DNA of 40,381 bases. Source: Octopus bimaculoides (lineage: Eukaryota). A model generated the notes under the pieces. It did not search any database and was not told the DNA's origin. It was given only the letters and a program-made list of their open reading frames with translations. Made by a program: the position numbers and the translations under genes. The stretch is taken from positions 5,148,538-5,188,918 of the forward strand of contig NC_069007.1 of assembly GCF_001194135.2 (NCBI RefSeq), read 5' to 3'. Within the stretch, counting starts at the first letter, position 1. Every line of letters starts with the position of its first letter. Below, in pieces: positions 11,682 to 22,799 of the stretch.

Positions 11682-11840
11682 GTATGTGTATAAATGTATA
11701 TATGTATATGTGCATATATATGTATGTGTATATATATATGTCTGTATATGTATATATGTGTGTATATATTTGTTAATATATGTGTGTATGTATGTATATA
11801 TATATATGTGTGTGTGCGTGTATATATATATATATATAGT
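11433..11840. repeat. Long compound (TA)/(TG) microsatellite
   Basis: Direct reading. It is the source of several YI/CV junk ORFs. Confidence 0.95.
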
Positions 11841-12054
11841 CAATTGAAATAAATTAACAATGATAGACAACAAGAAGATGTGCACAAAGAACATATTAGT
11901 TTGATGCGCAGTAAAAAGAGAGAGTTTTTGATGCTTCAAGCACAGCTCTTTGTTGGAAAGGGGAACGTCTCAAAAAGGGAAAGAAATTGCCAACAGCAGG
12001 TGTGTGGCTACATTTACTGAAGTGACCGCAAATCACTTCAGCAATATATATATA

Positions 12055-12084
12055 TACTAGCAGTATAACCCGGCTTTGCCCTGG
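12055..12084 (+). mobile_element. Helitron/Helentron-like terminal fragment
   Basis: TACTAGCAGTATAACCCGGCTTTGCCCTGG, next to a (TA)n tract, resembles the ACTAG...CCCGGC..TGCCCGG terminus of non-autonomous Helitron-type repeats. The match is short. Confidence 0.35.
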
Positions 12085-12524
12085 ATTAAGTTGGGATTAT
12101 TAAGCTAATCAAGTTCTTTATTTCAAACCAAACTAAGTAACATGACGGTGTGTGTGTGTGTGTGTATATATATAGACAAGGCGAGAGAGACATAAATAGA
12201 GGGGATTGTTGCAACTGTTCCATAACCCCAGTTTACCCATGATTGAGCAAGGAATGAATGCCTGTGTTCCACCCATGACCACTCCAACTTACATCATAGT
12301 TTTGTGATTTGAGGGGGATTTGGCTGCTGCTTCTAGCAAGAGGAGTGACTACATAAAGGCTCCCTCATTGGTTCTTGGATGTTTTTGTGCATGTGTGTGT
12401 GTGTAAAAATAAGTTAGTACATTTCTTTTTGTTCTTTAGCTTGATTTTAGTCACCACCACTGAGACCATGCTGGAGCATGTGTGTGTATGTTTGTGGTTG
12501 TGTGAGTGTGTGTGTACATATATA

Positions 12525-13138
12525 NNNNNNNNNNNNNNNNNNNNNNNNNNNNNNNNNNNNNNNNNNNNNNNNNNNNNNNNNNNNNNNNNNNNNNNNNNNN
12601 NNNNNNNNNNNNNNNNNNNNNNNNNNNNNNNNNNNNNNNNNNNNNNNNNNNNNNNNNNNNNNNNNNNNNNNNNNNNNNNNNNNNNNNNNNNNNNNNNNNN
12701 NNNNNNNNNNNNNNNNNNNNNNNNNNNNNNNNNNNNNNNNNNNNNNNNNNNNNNNNNNNNNNNNNNNNNNNNNNNNNNNNNNNNNNNNNNNNNNNNNNNN
12801 NNNNNNNNNNNNNNNNNNNNNNNNNNNNNNNNNNNNNNNNNNNNNNNNNNNNNNNNNNNNNNNNNNNNNNNNNNNNNNNNNNNNNNNNNNNNNNNNNNNN
12901 NNNNNNNNNNNNNNNNNNNNNNNNNNNNNNNNNNNNNNNNNNNNNNNNNNNNNNNNNNNNNNNNNNNNNNNNNNNNNNNNNNNNNNNNNNNNNNNNNNNN
13001 NNNNNNNNNNNNNNNNNNNNNNNNNNNNNNNNNNNNNNNNNNNNNNNNNNNNNNNNNNNNNNNNNNNNNNNNNNNNNNNNNNNNNNNNNNNNNNNNNNNN
13101 NNNNNNNNNNNNNNNNNNNNNNNNNNNNNNNNNNNNNN
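12525..13138. other. Assembly gap (N-run)
   Basis: Other gaps are 3018-3027, 17717-17816, 21428-21681, 26428-26703, 29881-30340, 33613-34198, 36057-36066 and 39549-39800. Small exons could be hidden in them. Confidence 1.
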
Positions 13139-13207
13139 GCTGTAGATCATAATGAAATTGCTTGTTAACATATATACATATACATATATATCTATATATA
13201 TATATAT

Positions 13208-13511
13208 AGTGTATTTTGTGTGTACAGTTAGATGTATGATTGATCTTGTTGAGTTTGGAACTCCACACAAATGATCATCATCCGATTTGCTTCCAGTATT
13301 GGTTATGATAATCTATTGGGGTTAAGCATCCAATTGCACTTAGAACATTCAATGCGGATGTTCCAGACAACCACAATGGTGAAACATACGTAGGGAACAA
13401 ATGATATTAATTTGTGTTTATCATAATAAATAAATATATGTGTGTGTGTGTGTGTGTAAAGAATTTTGTTGTTTAACAGAATAATTCTATATTCTTCAAC
13501 ATTGGTCCTTT
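13208..13511 (+). repeat. Near-identical direct duplicate of 4969-5260
   Basis: Same comparison as for 4969-5260. This copy lies about 1.1 kb downstream of the gene's stop codon. Confidence 0.9.
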
Positions 13512-14644
13512 TCGTTTTTAAACTGGCTTTTAAATTATTAAATATAAATTTTGTTTGTACTGTAACAATTTAATTTGATATCTGTCTGCTATAGTTTATC
13601 TAAACTCACTGGTGTGTTATTAAAAAAGAAAGTTAAATTCCATAGGTTTATGAAACCAATTTCTGTTCTTCAAAATTATATTTTGAAACGGTTTTAAAGG
13701 TTTAAATATGATTCCCTTTCTAATGTTCCAGTCTTTCTGCTGCAGGATTCTTTAAACCAACTGTTGTACCATTTCAAAAACAATACATATGTATATAATA
13801 ATTCTTTCAACAATAAGCACAAGGCTGACAATTTTGTGGGAGAAATAAGTTGATCACATCAACCTCAGTGCTCAACAAGTCCGTGTGTCATAGATCCCCG
13901 AAAGGATGACAGGCAAAATCAACCTTGACAGAATTTGAACCCAGACCATAAAGATGGATGAAATGCCACTAAGAATTTTTGTTCAGCATGCTAACAGCTC
14001 TGCCAGTTTGTTACCTTTTTTTTATTACAGGCACAAGGCCTGAAATTTTGGGGGAGGTAGGGCTAGTCAATTACATCGACCTCCCCAGTGCTCAACTGGT
14101 ATTTAATTTATCAACCCCAATAGGATGAAAAGGCAAAGTTGACCTTGGCAGAACTTGAACTCAGAATGTAAAAACGGCGTAATGTCACGAAATATTTTGT
14201 CTGGCATGCTAAAAATTCTGCCAGCTCGCTGCCTTAAATATGTATATATACATAAATAATAACTCTGTTGGTTAAGGAAACCAATTTGTATTCTTCAAAA
14301 TCATTCCCGTTTATGAAATGGTTTAAACTTTTAAATATAATGTACCAGTTCTATTTAACATGTCTATCTGCTATTAATTCAGATTTGTTTTTTTTAACGT
14401 TGTATTCAAGAAATATTTTCTGATCACTATCTAGCAGAATTTATATATTTGTCGAGATGGTGCATTATTATTATTTTTTTTTTGGCAAAAGATGTGATAT
14501 TAATAATTATAACAATGATAATAATAATAATAATAATCCAGGCTGAATGCTTTGGGTTTTTTTTTTTTTTTTTGTGTGTTTTGTCTTGTTCATTGTTTTG
14601 TTTTTTTGTTCTGATTAAGTTTTAGAAATTGTAGTTGATAACAA

Positions 14645-14806
14645 CTAAAGTGCTGTTCGTTCGTCGTATACAACTTCTGATTCGTTATGTATAAGACAAT
14701 CTGTGTCGTTAGAATAAAGCGCAGTGTGTGGTAAGGTACTGTTTTTCATGAGGGCAATCGCTGCTGCACTTTCGTTTCTCATGCGGTTCTTCTTCTTCGT
14801 GTCCAC
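14645..14806 (-). CDS. Terminal coding exon h (53 aa + TAG): VDTKKKNRMRNESAAAIALMKN...ESEVVYDERTAL*
   Basis: Long pyrimidine-tract acceptor ttttctcttttcttttttctaacttag|GTG in phase 0. The stop TAG lies at 14647-14645, followed by AT-rich 3'UTR-like DNA. The exon is below the 60-aa cut-off of the ORF track. Confidence 0.85.
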   Translation of the reverse strand: MDTKKKNRMRNESAAAIALMKNSTLPHTALYSNDTDCLIHNESEVVYDERTAL

Positions 14807-15490
14807 CTAAGTTAGAAAAAAAGAAAAGAGAAAAAAAATAGTCAGTTTGAGACACAAGCACTTACACACACACACACACACACATGGCAGAAGATAGTTT
14901 GAGGCACAAACACAAACACACACACACACACAGTAGACCTTTTGGTTACCAAGTTCCTTTTCAAGGCTTTGGTTGGCTTGGGGTTTATAGTAGAAGACAC
15001 ATGCCCAAGGTGCTGCACAGTGGGACTAAACCTGAAACTATGTGGTTGAGAAGTGGACCTAAGAACCCTGTGCCTCACAGATGATATGACAAAGGACTGG
15101 GTTCTCTGTCAATATGAAACCCTCAAAAAGACTTGCCCTCTTCAGCAAAATGCTATGTTTTAGGTTTTCCACTTGTTAGTGCTTCTCCCCCCACACTCAA
15201 GCATTATGCCTGTTCCTTTCTTCCAGCTCCTAGCTCTTTCAGACCATCTAATTACATTATAACTTACTTTTGCCCACGTCCACCTTGTGGCTATAATCTT
15301 TACTACACTTGCCGCTTGTCCCCACCCCACTTTTCGGCATCTTCCTATCTTCCGCTGCTCATAATTCTAGCTTCATTTTGGCAGTCCTCCTCCTTACCCC
15401 TCATTCTCTTTCCTACACAATCTTGTCAAACACCTACCTGTGCCTATTCAGCTTGTCATGTGAAGACCACTAGGCACCTTATTACCATTA

Positions 15491-15702
15491 TGAGGGAATA
15501 CTGAAAAGTCCTCGGCTTTGCATAAAATACAGGAAGATCAATTAATTAGAATTTTATTCAACATATTCCCCTCTTAGAAAAACTGAAGGACCACTGCAAT
15601 AACTGTGTGAATTTAAGCCCTGTAAAAGAACTCAGAAGGTTGGGTCTCCAACCAGGCCTTTCGCAAGACCCTTAAAGCCAGGAAGTTTTCAGTACCCACT
15701 TC
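15491..15702 (-). mobile_element. Mariner-derived MITE (family E) with an internal 39-bp inversion
   Basis: TA-flanked TIRs TGAGGGAATACTGAAAAGT...CTTT / AAAGCCAGGAAGTTTTCAGTACCC. The body is reversed relative to 23414-23633 except for 15576-15614. Confidence 0.75.
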
Positions 15703-16175
15703 TATTTATCTCTTGTAGTTCCCACTGATCATTTTCACTTTCTCTCTCTCATGTTTCCCTACGACATGGGAATAGCCATGCTGACCCCTCTACAGGAACC
15801 TCCTTTGTTCTTCTACCCCACAAAACGCCACCAAATCCTCCGTCAGGATTCGTAGTCCTGCAAACTGCATGGCAGCCTCAACAGGCAACATGGCATGAAA
15901 ATAAGCATTCAGTCCACATAGTAAAATGGTTGGTATCACTAGGTACTTTCCATGCCTAAGCAGACATTGGAACTTGGTGAAGTTCTTGGACATACTGGAT
16001 CTGGTCAAAACTGTCCAATCCATGCCAGCATGGAAGATAAGCATTAAATGGTGGTGATTTACAGCAGGAATTTTTAGAAAATACTTTGAACAATGTGAGA
16101 CTATGGCAAGATATGTTGCCACAATGTAGTGTCATCTCAATACCTTTATACAGCATAAAAAGAAATTCTACTTAC

Positions 16176-16282
16176 TCTAGAATATACTTCTTCTGCCGTC
16201 AGTCTTGGACTGTCTTCGGGTGAAGGGGGTCCAAAAGTAATTGATCCAGAAGAATCCTCTTCAAATCCAAGGTTTTGAATAC
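16176..16282 (-). CDS. Exon g (107 nt, phase 1 to 0): IQNLGFEEDSSGSITFGPPSPEDSPRLTAEEVYSR
   Basis: Acceptor tattattcattag|GT and donor TAGA|gtaagt (consensus). Only the phase-1 frame is open. Confidence 0.8.
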
Positions 16283-16715
16283 CTAATGAATAATAATAAT
16301 AATGATTTAGTTCATTAGTGTCTTGGTTATGAAAGCATGTATAGTGGAGGAGTTTGTTTCTCAACCACATGGTTCTGTCTAATGAATAAAAATTATAATG
16401 ATTTTAAATTTTGGTACAAGGTTAGCATTTTCTGGGGAGGGGTCAAATCAATTACATCATCTCCAACGTTTAACTGGTACTTATTTATTTTATTGATCTT
16501 GAAAGGATGAAAGGTTAAGTCAACCTTGACAGAATTTGAACTCAGAACATACAAAAAGACAAAATACTGCCAAGCATTTTGCTTGACATGCTAATGATTC
16601 TGTCAATTTGCCACTTTAAAGTAAAAATTTGTGGAATTTGAACTTAGAACACGAAGAGCTGATTGAATGTCATTAAGCATCTTGTATGGTTCTACCAGCT
16701 TGCTACCCTCTTTCG

Positions 16716-17135
16716 CTTGTTTCAGTCATTTGACTGCGGCCATGCTGGAGCACTGCCTTTAGTCGAGCATATCGATCCCAGGACTTATTCTTTGTAAGCC
16801 TAGTACTTATTCTATCGGTCTCTTTTTGCTGAACCGCTAAGTTACGGGGACATAAACACACCAGCATCGGTTGTCAAGCGCTGGTGGGGGGACAAACACA
16901 GACACAAACATATATATATATATATATTAATGGGTGTGTGCCTTTATTTGTCCCCATACCATCGCTTGATAACTGGTGTTAGTGTCTTTACATCACTGTA
17001 ACTTATCAGTTTGGTAAAAGAGACCGATAAAATAAGTACTAGGCTTACAAAGAATAAGTCTTAGAGTTGATTTCTTTAAAAAGAATCCTTTAAGGTGGTG
17101 TTCCAGCATGGCCGCAGTCAATTGACTGAAACAAG
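16716..17135. mobile_element. Fold-back of two family A SINE 3' halves joined across a (TA)n tract
   Basis: 16716-16900 is a reverse-strand 3' half close to consensus; 16945-17135 is a forward, more diverged 3' half. No 5' halves are present. Confidence 0.8.
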
Positions 17136-17495
17136 AAAAACGATAAAAGAAAGAATATACTGATCAGGTGATTAGAGTCATTAAGGTGAACCAGGTGTTG
17201 TACAGGAGAATACTTTGACGTACCAATATGCTTAACGCCAAAAGATGTCTTTAATTCTTTCGGCCAGAATGTTGGATGAACAAATCCTGGAGAAACATTC
17301 TTGTCTTGACTGGCATCAATTTTCTGAATTTCTCTTTCAGCAGAAGGACCATCGGAATTGGCATCCTAGGAATACGAAATCAGTAAGAGAATGTATAAAG
17401 ATACCAATACATTTGTATACATTTGAGTATATGCATATATATATATATAAGTGTGTGTGTGTGTGAGTGTGCGTGTGTGTGTGTATATGTGTGTG

Positions 17496-17537
<42 letters not shown>

Positions 17538-17871
17538 TATATATATATTATACTCATTTATTGTGCTTTTACTTATTAATTTTTCTATATGTGACAGTGG
17601 ATTTTCATCGATGGTTCTTTTCCCTAAAACTATATATATATATAAATTTTATAAGGAATATTCTAGAAGAATATGTTACTGAACTTATATTAAGTGCTCT
17701 ATTATTTTGAGCAAATNNNNNNNNNNNNNNNNNNNNNNNNNNNNNNNNNNNNNNNNNNNNNNNNNNNNNNNNNNNNNNNNNNNNNNNNNNNNNNNNNNNN
17801 NNNNNNNNNNNNNNNNTTTGGAGATTGAAACCTCTATCATCTTGCAATGCAATTGAACTAATTATAAATAC

Positions 17872-17891
17872 CTTTATCCAGAAGGTGGTCT
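17872..17891 (-). CDS. Micro-exon f (20 nt, phase 2 to 1): (R)DHLLDK(G)
   Basis: Acceptor cttgttcttgttgctgcag|A and donor AAAG|gtattt. It restores the frame between exons e and g and gives HLLDKGIQNLGFEE. Confidence 0.5.
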
Positions 17892-18109
17892 CTGCAGCAA
17901 CAAGAACAAGCTTAAAAATGGGATATTTATTCTCAATAATGATCTGATGCTGTGTTAGATTTAAATATCTCATTTTTTACTGAACCTAGAAGTGGGAGAC
18001 CCAGTAAACCAGTGGGTTAATGGCATGATGAGGCAGAACAACAGCTAAGATGTGAGATTCTGTCCATGGTTCAATAATGCGTAATATTATCCAACTCTCT
18101 CTTTCTTGG

Positions 18110-18960
18110 TCTACCCTAGGTCCACAACTTGTTGTTGGGGCAGAGTCCTCAAGTACCTCCGCCATAGGGTCCTACCAGAAGCAACTGTCATTAGACCTTG
18201 TAGATGGAGTCCCAAGCATGACCAACACAGGCTATGGATATTATCCAACCATTTCATTCTTGGCCTACCCCTTGGTCTCCTATCTGCAGAGGGGGTAGAA
18301 TCCTCAAGCACCTTCTCCACAGGGTCCTTCTTGTTTTTGGTCTACCCTTTGGTCTCCTGCCAGTTGGCTTGGCTTGAAGAATCCATCTTACGACCCTTTC
18401 TTGCAACATTTTAATTACATGTCCATACTACCACACAGGTGACTTCTCAATACGGAGCGGTAGATGCACAGCGTGTAGTGACTCCCTGATCACTGAGCTA
18501 CACACCCTGTGGAATAACTTACCTGCAGACACCCTTCGGAGGAAAACCATTTCGGCTGATTGTATTCTCGATCCTGCTCTTTCGGTCATTATTCAACATT
18601 CATAACAGAAGTTCCATGTTGTCTGCAAATATCAGCTAAACCATTCAATGAATGATCCTCATTTTCCGAAGAGCCACATAGCTCCATGTCAGATATCAGC
18701 ACCATGTTGTCTTCAAATATCAGCTAACCAACTCGATCATTGTGATACCATTTCCACAACTGCTGCACATGTTAATCCAGTTATGAAAACTATGAAGAAG
18801 AGAGGTAATGATATATATTCCTGCTGAGTCTAACACCCATGTTGAAAGCCTTTGACTTAGCACCATCTTTGCATTTGTATAGGGACTTCATGGCAACCAG
18901 AAGCTGCCCATTAATCCCAAAGTCCTGAAAACACTCCACAGCATGTCCTGGGGGTGTATG
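18110..18960 (-). pseudogene. Decayed RTE-clade LINE reverse transcriptase, C-terminal region
   Basis: Fragments include LIFADNMEL, RIQSAEMVFLRRV..HRVCSSVIRESL, LRIEKSPVW*YGHVIKM..GRRPKGRP and RRPRGRPRMKWLD. Stops and frameshifts are present. Confidence 0.85.
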
Positions 18961-19644
18961 TTTTTTGAAAGTTTACAAAGCAAAGTTGCATCATGCTGTC
19001 TGCAAATATCAGACAGCCGTGAACGTTACTGGAATATTTTGCACAGTCTTCCTTTTATTGTTTATCCTACACTTGTTTCAGTTATCAAACTGTGGCCATG
19101 CTGCAGCACCTCCTTGAAGGGTTAAGTCGTATAACTTGATCCCAGAGCTTTTAAAAAATTTTCTTTAAAACTTTACACACATCCTATTGAGAACTTTTTG
19201 CCGAAATGCTGCATTACAGAAAAGTAAACAAACCAACACTTGTTGTCAAGCAGTGGTGGGAAGACGCCCACACACATGGGGATCTGATCAAAGATTTTAC
19301 AATTAAACAAAATAGGAGTAAACTTTTCAAATATAAATGGATTGGAAGTATACAAGAATAAACATTATTTTCCATCTTCTTGTTTAGTTTTGTTTCATTT
19401 TGAAAAACAAATATATATTTTATGGTTTATTAATTATTGTTTATATTTTGAATTATATGTATAAGGGGGTACCAAAAATCTATTAAATGCTAAGGGCTTC
19501 ATCAGGTCTTAATGCGGCCCTGGTCTTGGATTTGACTTTAAACTTGCTAAAATAATATTCCATGTGGTTTATATGATCGGAAATGTAATATCGATGTATT
19601 CGTGGTGCCATTGTGAGGATCTGATCAAAGATTTTGCTATTTAA

Positions 19645-20274
19645 CCCATTACCTCCCATAATTCTATTAACTGGAATTTTTTTTTTTATGAAATTTTGAT
19701 TTCTAGCATAAAACAGCCTTAGAAACATGCTGGAATGATCAAAATAACATTTTAAATAGAAATAAGTGAGATATTGGGTGAAAAATTAGCAAACCTCATT
19801 TGAATATCAGAGAAATATACCTAGTAGATGTGGAGGCGCAATGGCCCAGTGATTAGGGCAGCGGACTCGCGGTTTCGATTCCCAGACCGGGTGTTGTGAG
19901 TGTTTATTGAGCGAAAACACCTAAAGCTCCACGAGGCTCCAGCAGGGGATGGTGGCGAACCCTGCTGTCCACCACAACTTTCTCTCACTCTTACTTCCTG
20001 TTTCTGTTGTGCCTGTAATTCAAAGGGTCAGCCTTGTCACACTCTGTGTCACACTGAATATCCCCCGAGAACTACGTTAAGGATACACGTGTCTGTGGTG
20101 TGCTCAGCCACTTGCACGTTAATTTCACGAGCAGGCTGTTCCGTTAAGCGACAGAGTGCCAACACATACCTAGTAGATATAGCAAAAAGGTTAGATATGT
20201 GTAAATATTGACAGATAATTACGAAATTTGTAATTTTTAAGTGATCTCATAGGAGATCACTGGTAGGTAATGGG
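19645..20274. mobile_element. piggyBac-type MITE carrying a nested SINE
   Basis: TTAA|CCCATTACCTCCCA ... TGGTAGGTAATGGG|TTAA (14-bp TIR, 1 mismatch). A paralogous empty site lies at 19280-19380. Confidence 0.8.
19830..20165 (+). mobile_element. SINE family B with 13-bp TSD
   Basis: TSD ATACCTAGTAGAT at 19817-19829 and 20166-20178. Small internal deletions relative to other B copies. Confidence 0.9.
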
Positions 20275-20437
20275 TTAAAAACGAGTAGGAGAAAATTTTT
20301 CAAATATGAATGAAATGGAAGTATACAAAAATACACATTATTTTCCATCTTACTGTGAGTTTTGTTCTAAGCACTTTGCTGAGAGTACTAACGATTTGCC
20401 CAGCTTGTAGCATTTGTTTTATTGTTTAATATGGCTT

Positions 20438-20650
20438 CATCATCATCGTTTAACGTCCGCTTTCCATGCTAGCATGGGTTGGACGATTTGACTGAGGATT
20501 GGTGAAACCGGATGGCTACACCATGCTCCAATCTGATTTGGCAGAGTTTCTACAGCTGGATGCCCTTCCTAATGCCAACCACTCTGAGAGTGTAGAGGGT
20601 GCTTTTACATGCCACCCGCACGAGGCCAGTCAGGTGGTACTGGCAATGGC
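20438..20650 (-). mobile_element. RTE-LINE-type 3' tail repeat (family D) ending in (GAT)n
   Basis: CATCATCATCGTTTAACGTCCG...GGATGCCCTTCCTAA. Related copies lie at 8160-8280, 23828-23904, 28471-28768 (+), 29634-29880, 30850-31130 (+) and 34670-34830. Confidence 0.7.
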
Positions 20651-20792
20651 TGACTGGCCTCGTGTGGGTGGCACGTACGGAGGGCACCAAGCTGTTGTAA
20701 GTGCTTAGGATCTTTATAGGTTTTAACCCGGCCACGACACTCTGGCAGTGTCCCCTATAAATGTCGGAGTGTTCAGCATATATATGTGTGTG

Positions 20793-21227
20793 TTATTTCT
20801 TTACTACCCACAAGGGATAAACATAGAGAGGACAAACAAGGACAGACAAACGGATTAAGTCGATTATACCGACTCCAGTGCATAACTGGTACTTATTTAA
20901 TCGACCCCGAAAGGATGAAAGGCAAAGTCAACCTCGGCGGAATTTGAACTCAGAACGTAGCGCCAGACGAATTACCGCTAAGCATTTCATCCGGCGTGCT
21001 AACGTTTCTTATTTCTTTATTGCTCACAAGGGTCTAAACATAGAGGGGACAAAGGGATCAATTCGATTACATCGACCTCAGTGCGTAACTGGTACTTAAT
21101 TTCTCGACCCCGAAAGAATGAAAGGCAAAGTCGACCTCGGTGGAATTTGAACTCAGAATGTAGCGCCAGACGAAATACCGCTAAGCATTTCGCCCGGTGT
21201 GCTAACGTTTCTGCCAGCTCGCTGCCT
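20793..21227 (-). mobile_element. Tandem head-to-tail pair of family C SINEs
   Basis: The two units (20793-21009, 21010-21227) share GAATTTGAACTCAGAA and GGATGAAAGGCAAAGTC. Further C copies lie near 3390, 5800, 13810-14235, 16405-16620 and 35208-35438. Confidence 0.8.
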
Positions 21228-21739
21228 AATGTGAGTGTGTGTGAAGGACGCATGGCCTAATGGTTAGAATGTTGCAGTCACGATGGCGAGATCGTGGTTT
21301 CAATTCCTAGACCGGTTGGTGTGTTGTTGTGTTCTTGAGCAAAAAAAAAAAACTTCAGCACCTGACGCGTGGCACTCCATGCTCCTGCTCAAGGAATGTC
21401 GATTTGATGGAGGCAGGTGAGCTAAGGNNNNNNNNNNNNNNNNNNNNNNNNNNNNNNNNNNNNNNNNNNNNNNNNNNNNNNNNNNNNNNNNNNNNNNNNN
21501 NNNNNNNNNNNNNNNNNNNNNNNNNNNNNNNNNNNNNNNNNNNNNNNNNNNNNNNNNNNNNNNNNNNNNNNNNNNNNNNNNNNNNNNNNNNNNNNNNNNN
21601 NNNNNNNNNNNNNNNNNNNNNNNNNNNNNNNNNNNNNNNNNNNNNNNNNNNNNNNNNNNNNNNNNNNNNNNNNNNNNNNNNATGCACGAAGGGATTTATC
21701 TGACAATGCAAAATAAATACATAGTGAATTGCAGCTTGA

Positions 21740-22000
21740 AGGTATGTCAGATATGTTGACATTGATGAAAGTATGTCGAATGTGAATGCATTGACAATGA
21801 CGTAGGCATGTCAAATGTTGATTAATTGACAATGAAGAAATATCAAATGCTGATACATTGACAACTACAAAGCTATGTTAAATGTATTGGTAATGATGAA
21901 GCAATGTCAAATACAAATGCCCTGACTCAGATGACGGTATGTCAAATGCAGATGCATCGACAATTATGACGGTATTTCAAATACACTGACAATGATAAGA
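21740..22000. repeat. Degenerate minisatellite, about 8 units of 27-36 bp (GGTATGTCAAATGC..ATTGACAATGA)
   Basis: Direct alignment of successive units. Confidence 0.65.
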
Positions 22001-22763
22001 AAGAAATACAAGCAACAAATACATACCTGTGTCTTTAAAATGGACACATCCTGTTTGCAACCGTAACTTGTGGCTTTCCTTACTTCAGGTGAAGTTAACT
22101 GAGTCTGCTGTAATCGGTTATTTCTAGAAGAGGAACATAAACAGGTAGATAGAGATATGAAAGTAGGTACAGGCATGTGAAAGACTGTGTGTGTGTGTAT
22201 GTGTGAGAGAGAGAGAGAGAGAGACAAAGACTGTTGTGTGGGGGCATGCAAGTGGCACATGTGCATGTAGTTGGTGTGTGTGTATCTATGCAACGTTTGA
22301 GGTGGTGTATGGTGTGCATAGTGTGGATGTGGTATCTACCTGTGAGTAGTGTTGTGGTGGCTGTGGAATGTGTTTGCGGTGTGAGTGCATATATATATAT
22401 ATGTGTGTGTGTGTGCGTTTGAATGTGAGAGTGTGGTGTATGTAGAAGCACGTGTGAGTGTGTGTATGAGAGTGTGAGACAGGTTGTGCACACGTGAGAG
22501 AGAGAGAGTGTGTGTGTGTGTGTGAGAGAAAAAGAGTTTGTGTGAGTGGTTGTGTAGGTGGACGTTTGGTATGAGTGTGTAATCTGAATGTTTGTGTAAG
22601 ACAATAATCTATCCACATTCATTTGAGTGAATGTATACATCAGATGCTTGTGTGTATGTATGAGGTTCTAATATAGTTGTGAGTGGAAGTGTACATGTGT
22701 CTGAGTGCATGTAGATGTGAGTGTGCATGTATATAAATATATATTTTTGTGCATGCACGTACA

Positions 22764-22799
<36 letters not shown>

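Noticed and set aside
11331-11939. Long YI/HT/CV-rich ORFs (also 1667-2044, 8461-8847, 22095-22640, 28713-29330, 35744-36176)
   Set aside because: They are translations of (TA)/(TG)/(CA) microsatellites, open in several frames because the repeats lack stops.
12365-13270. ORFs of 200-340 aa spanning N-runs (also near 21329, 26347, 29800, 33376, 39454)
   Set aside because: Their length comes from assembly gaps read as X.
15133-15504. 123-aa pyrimidine-rich ORF
   Set aside because: No motif or usable splice context; it is likely degraded repeat or low-complexity DNA.
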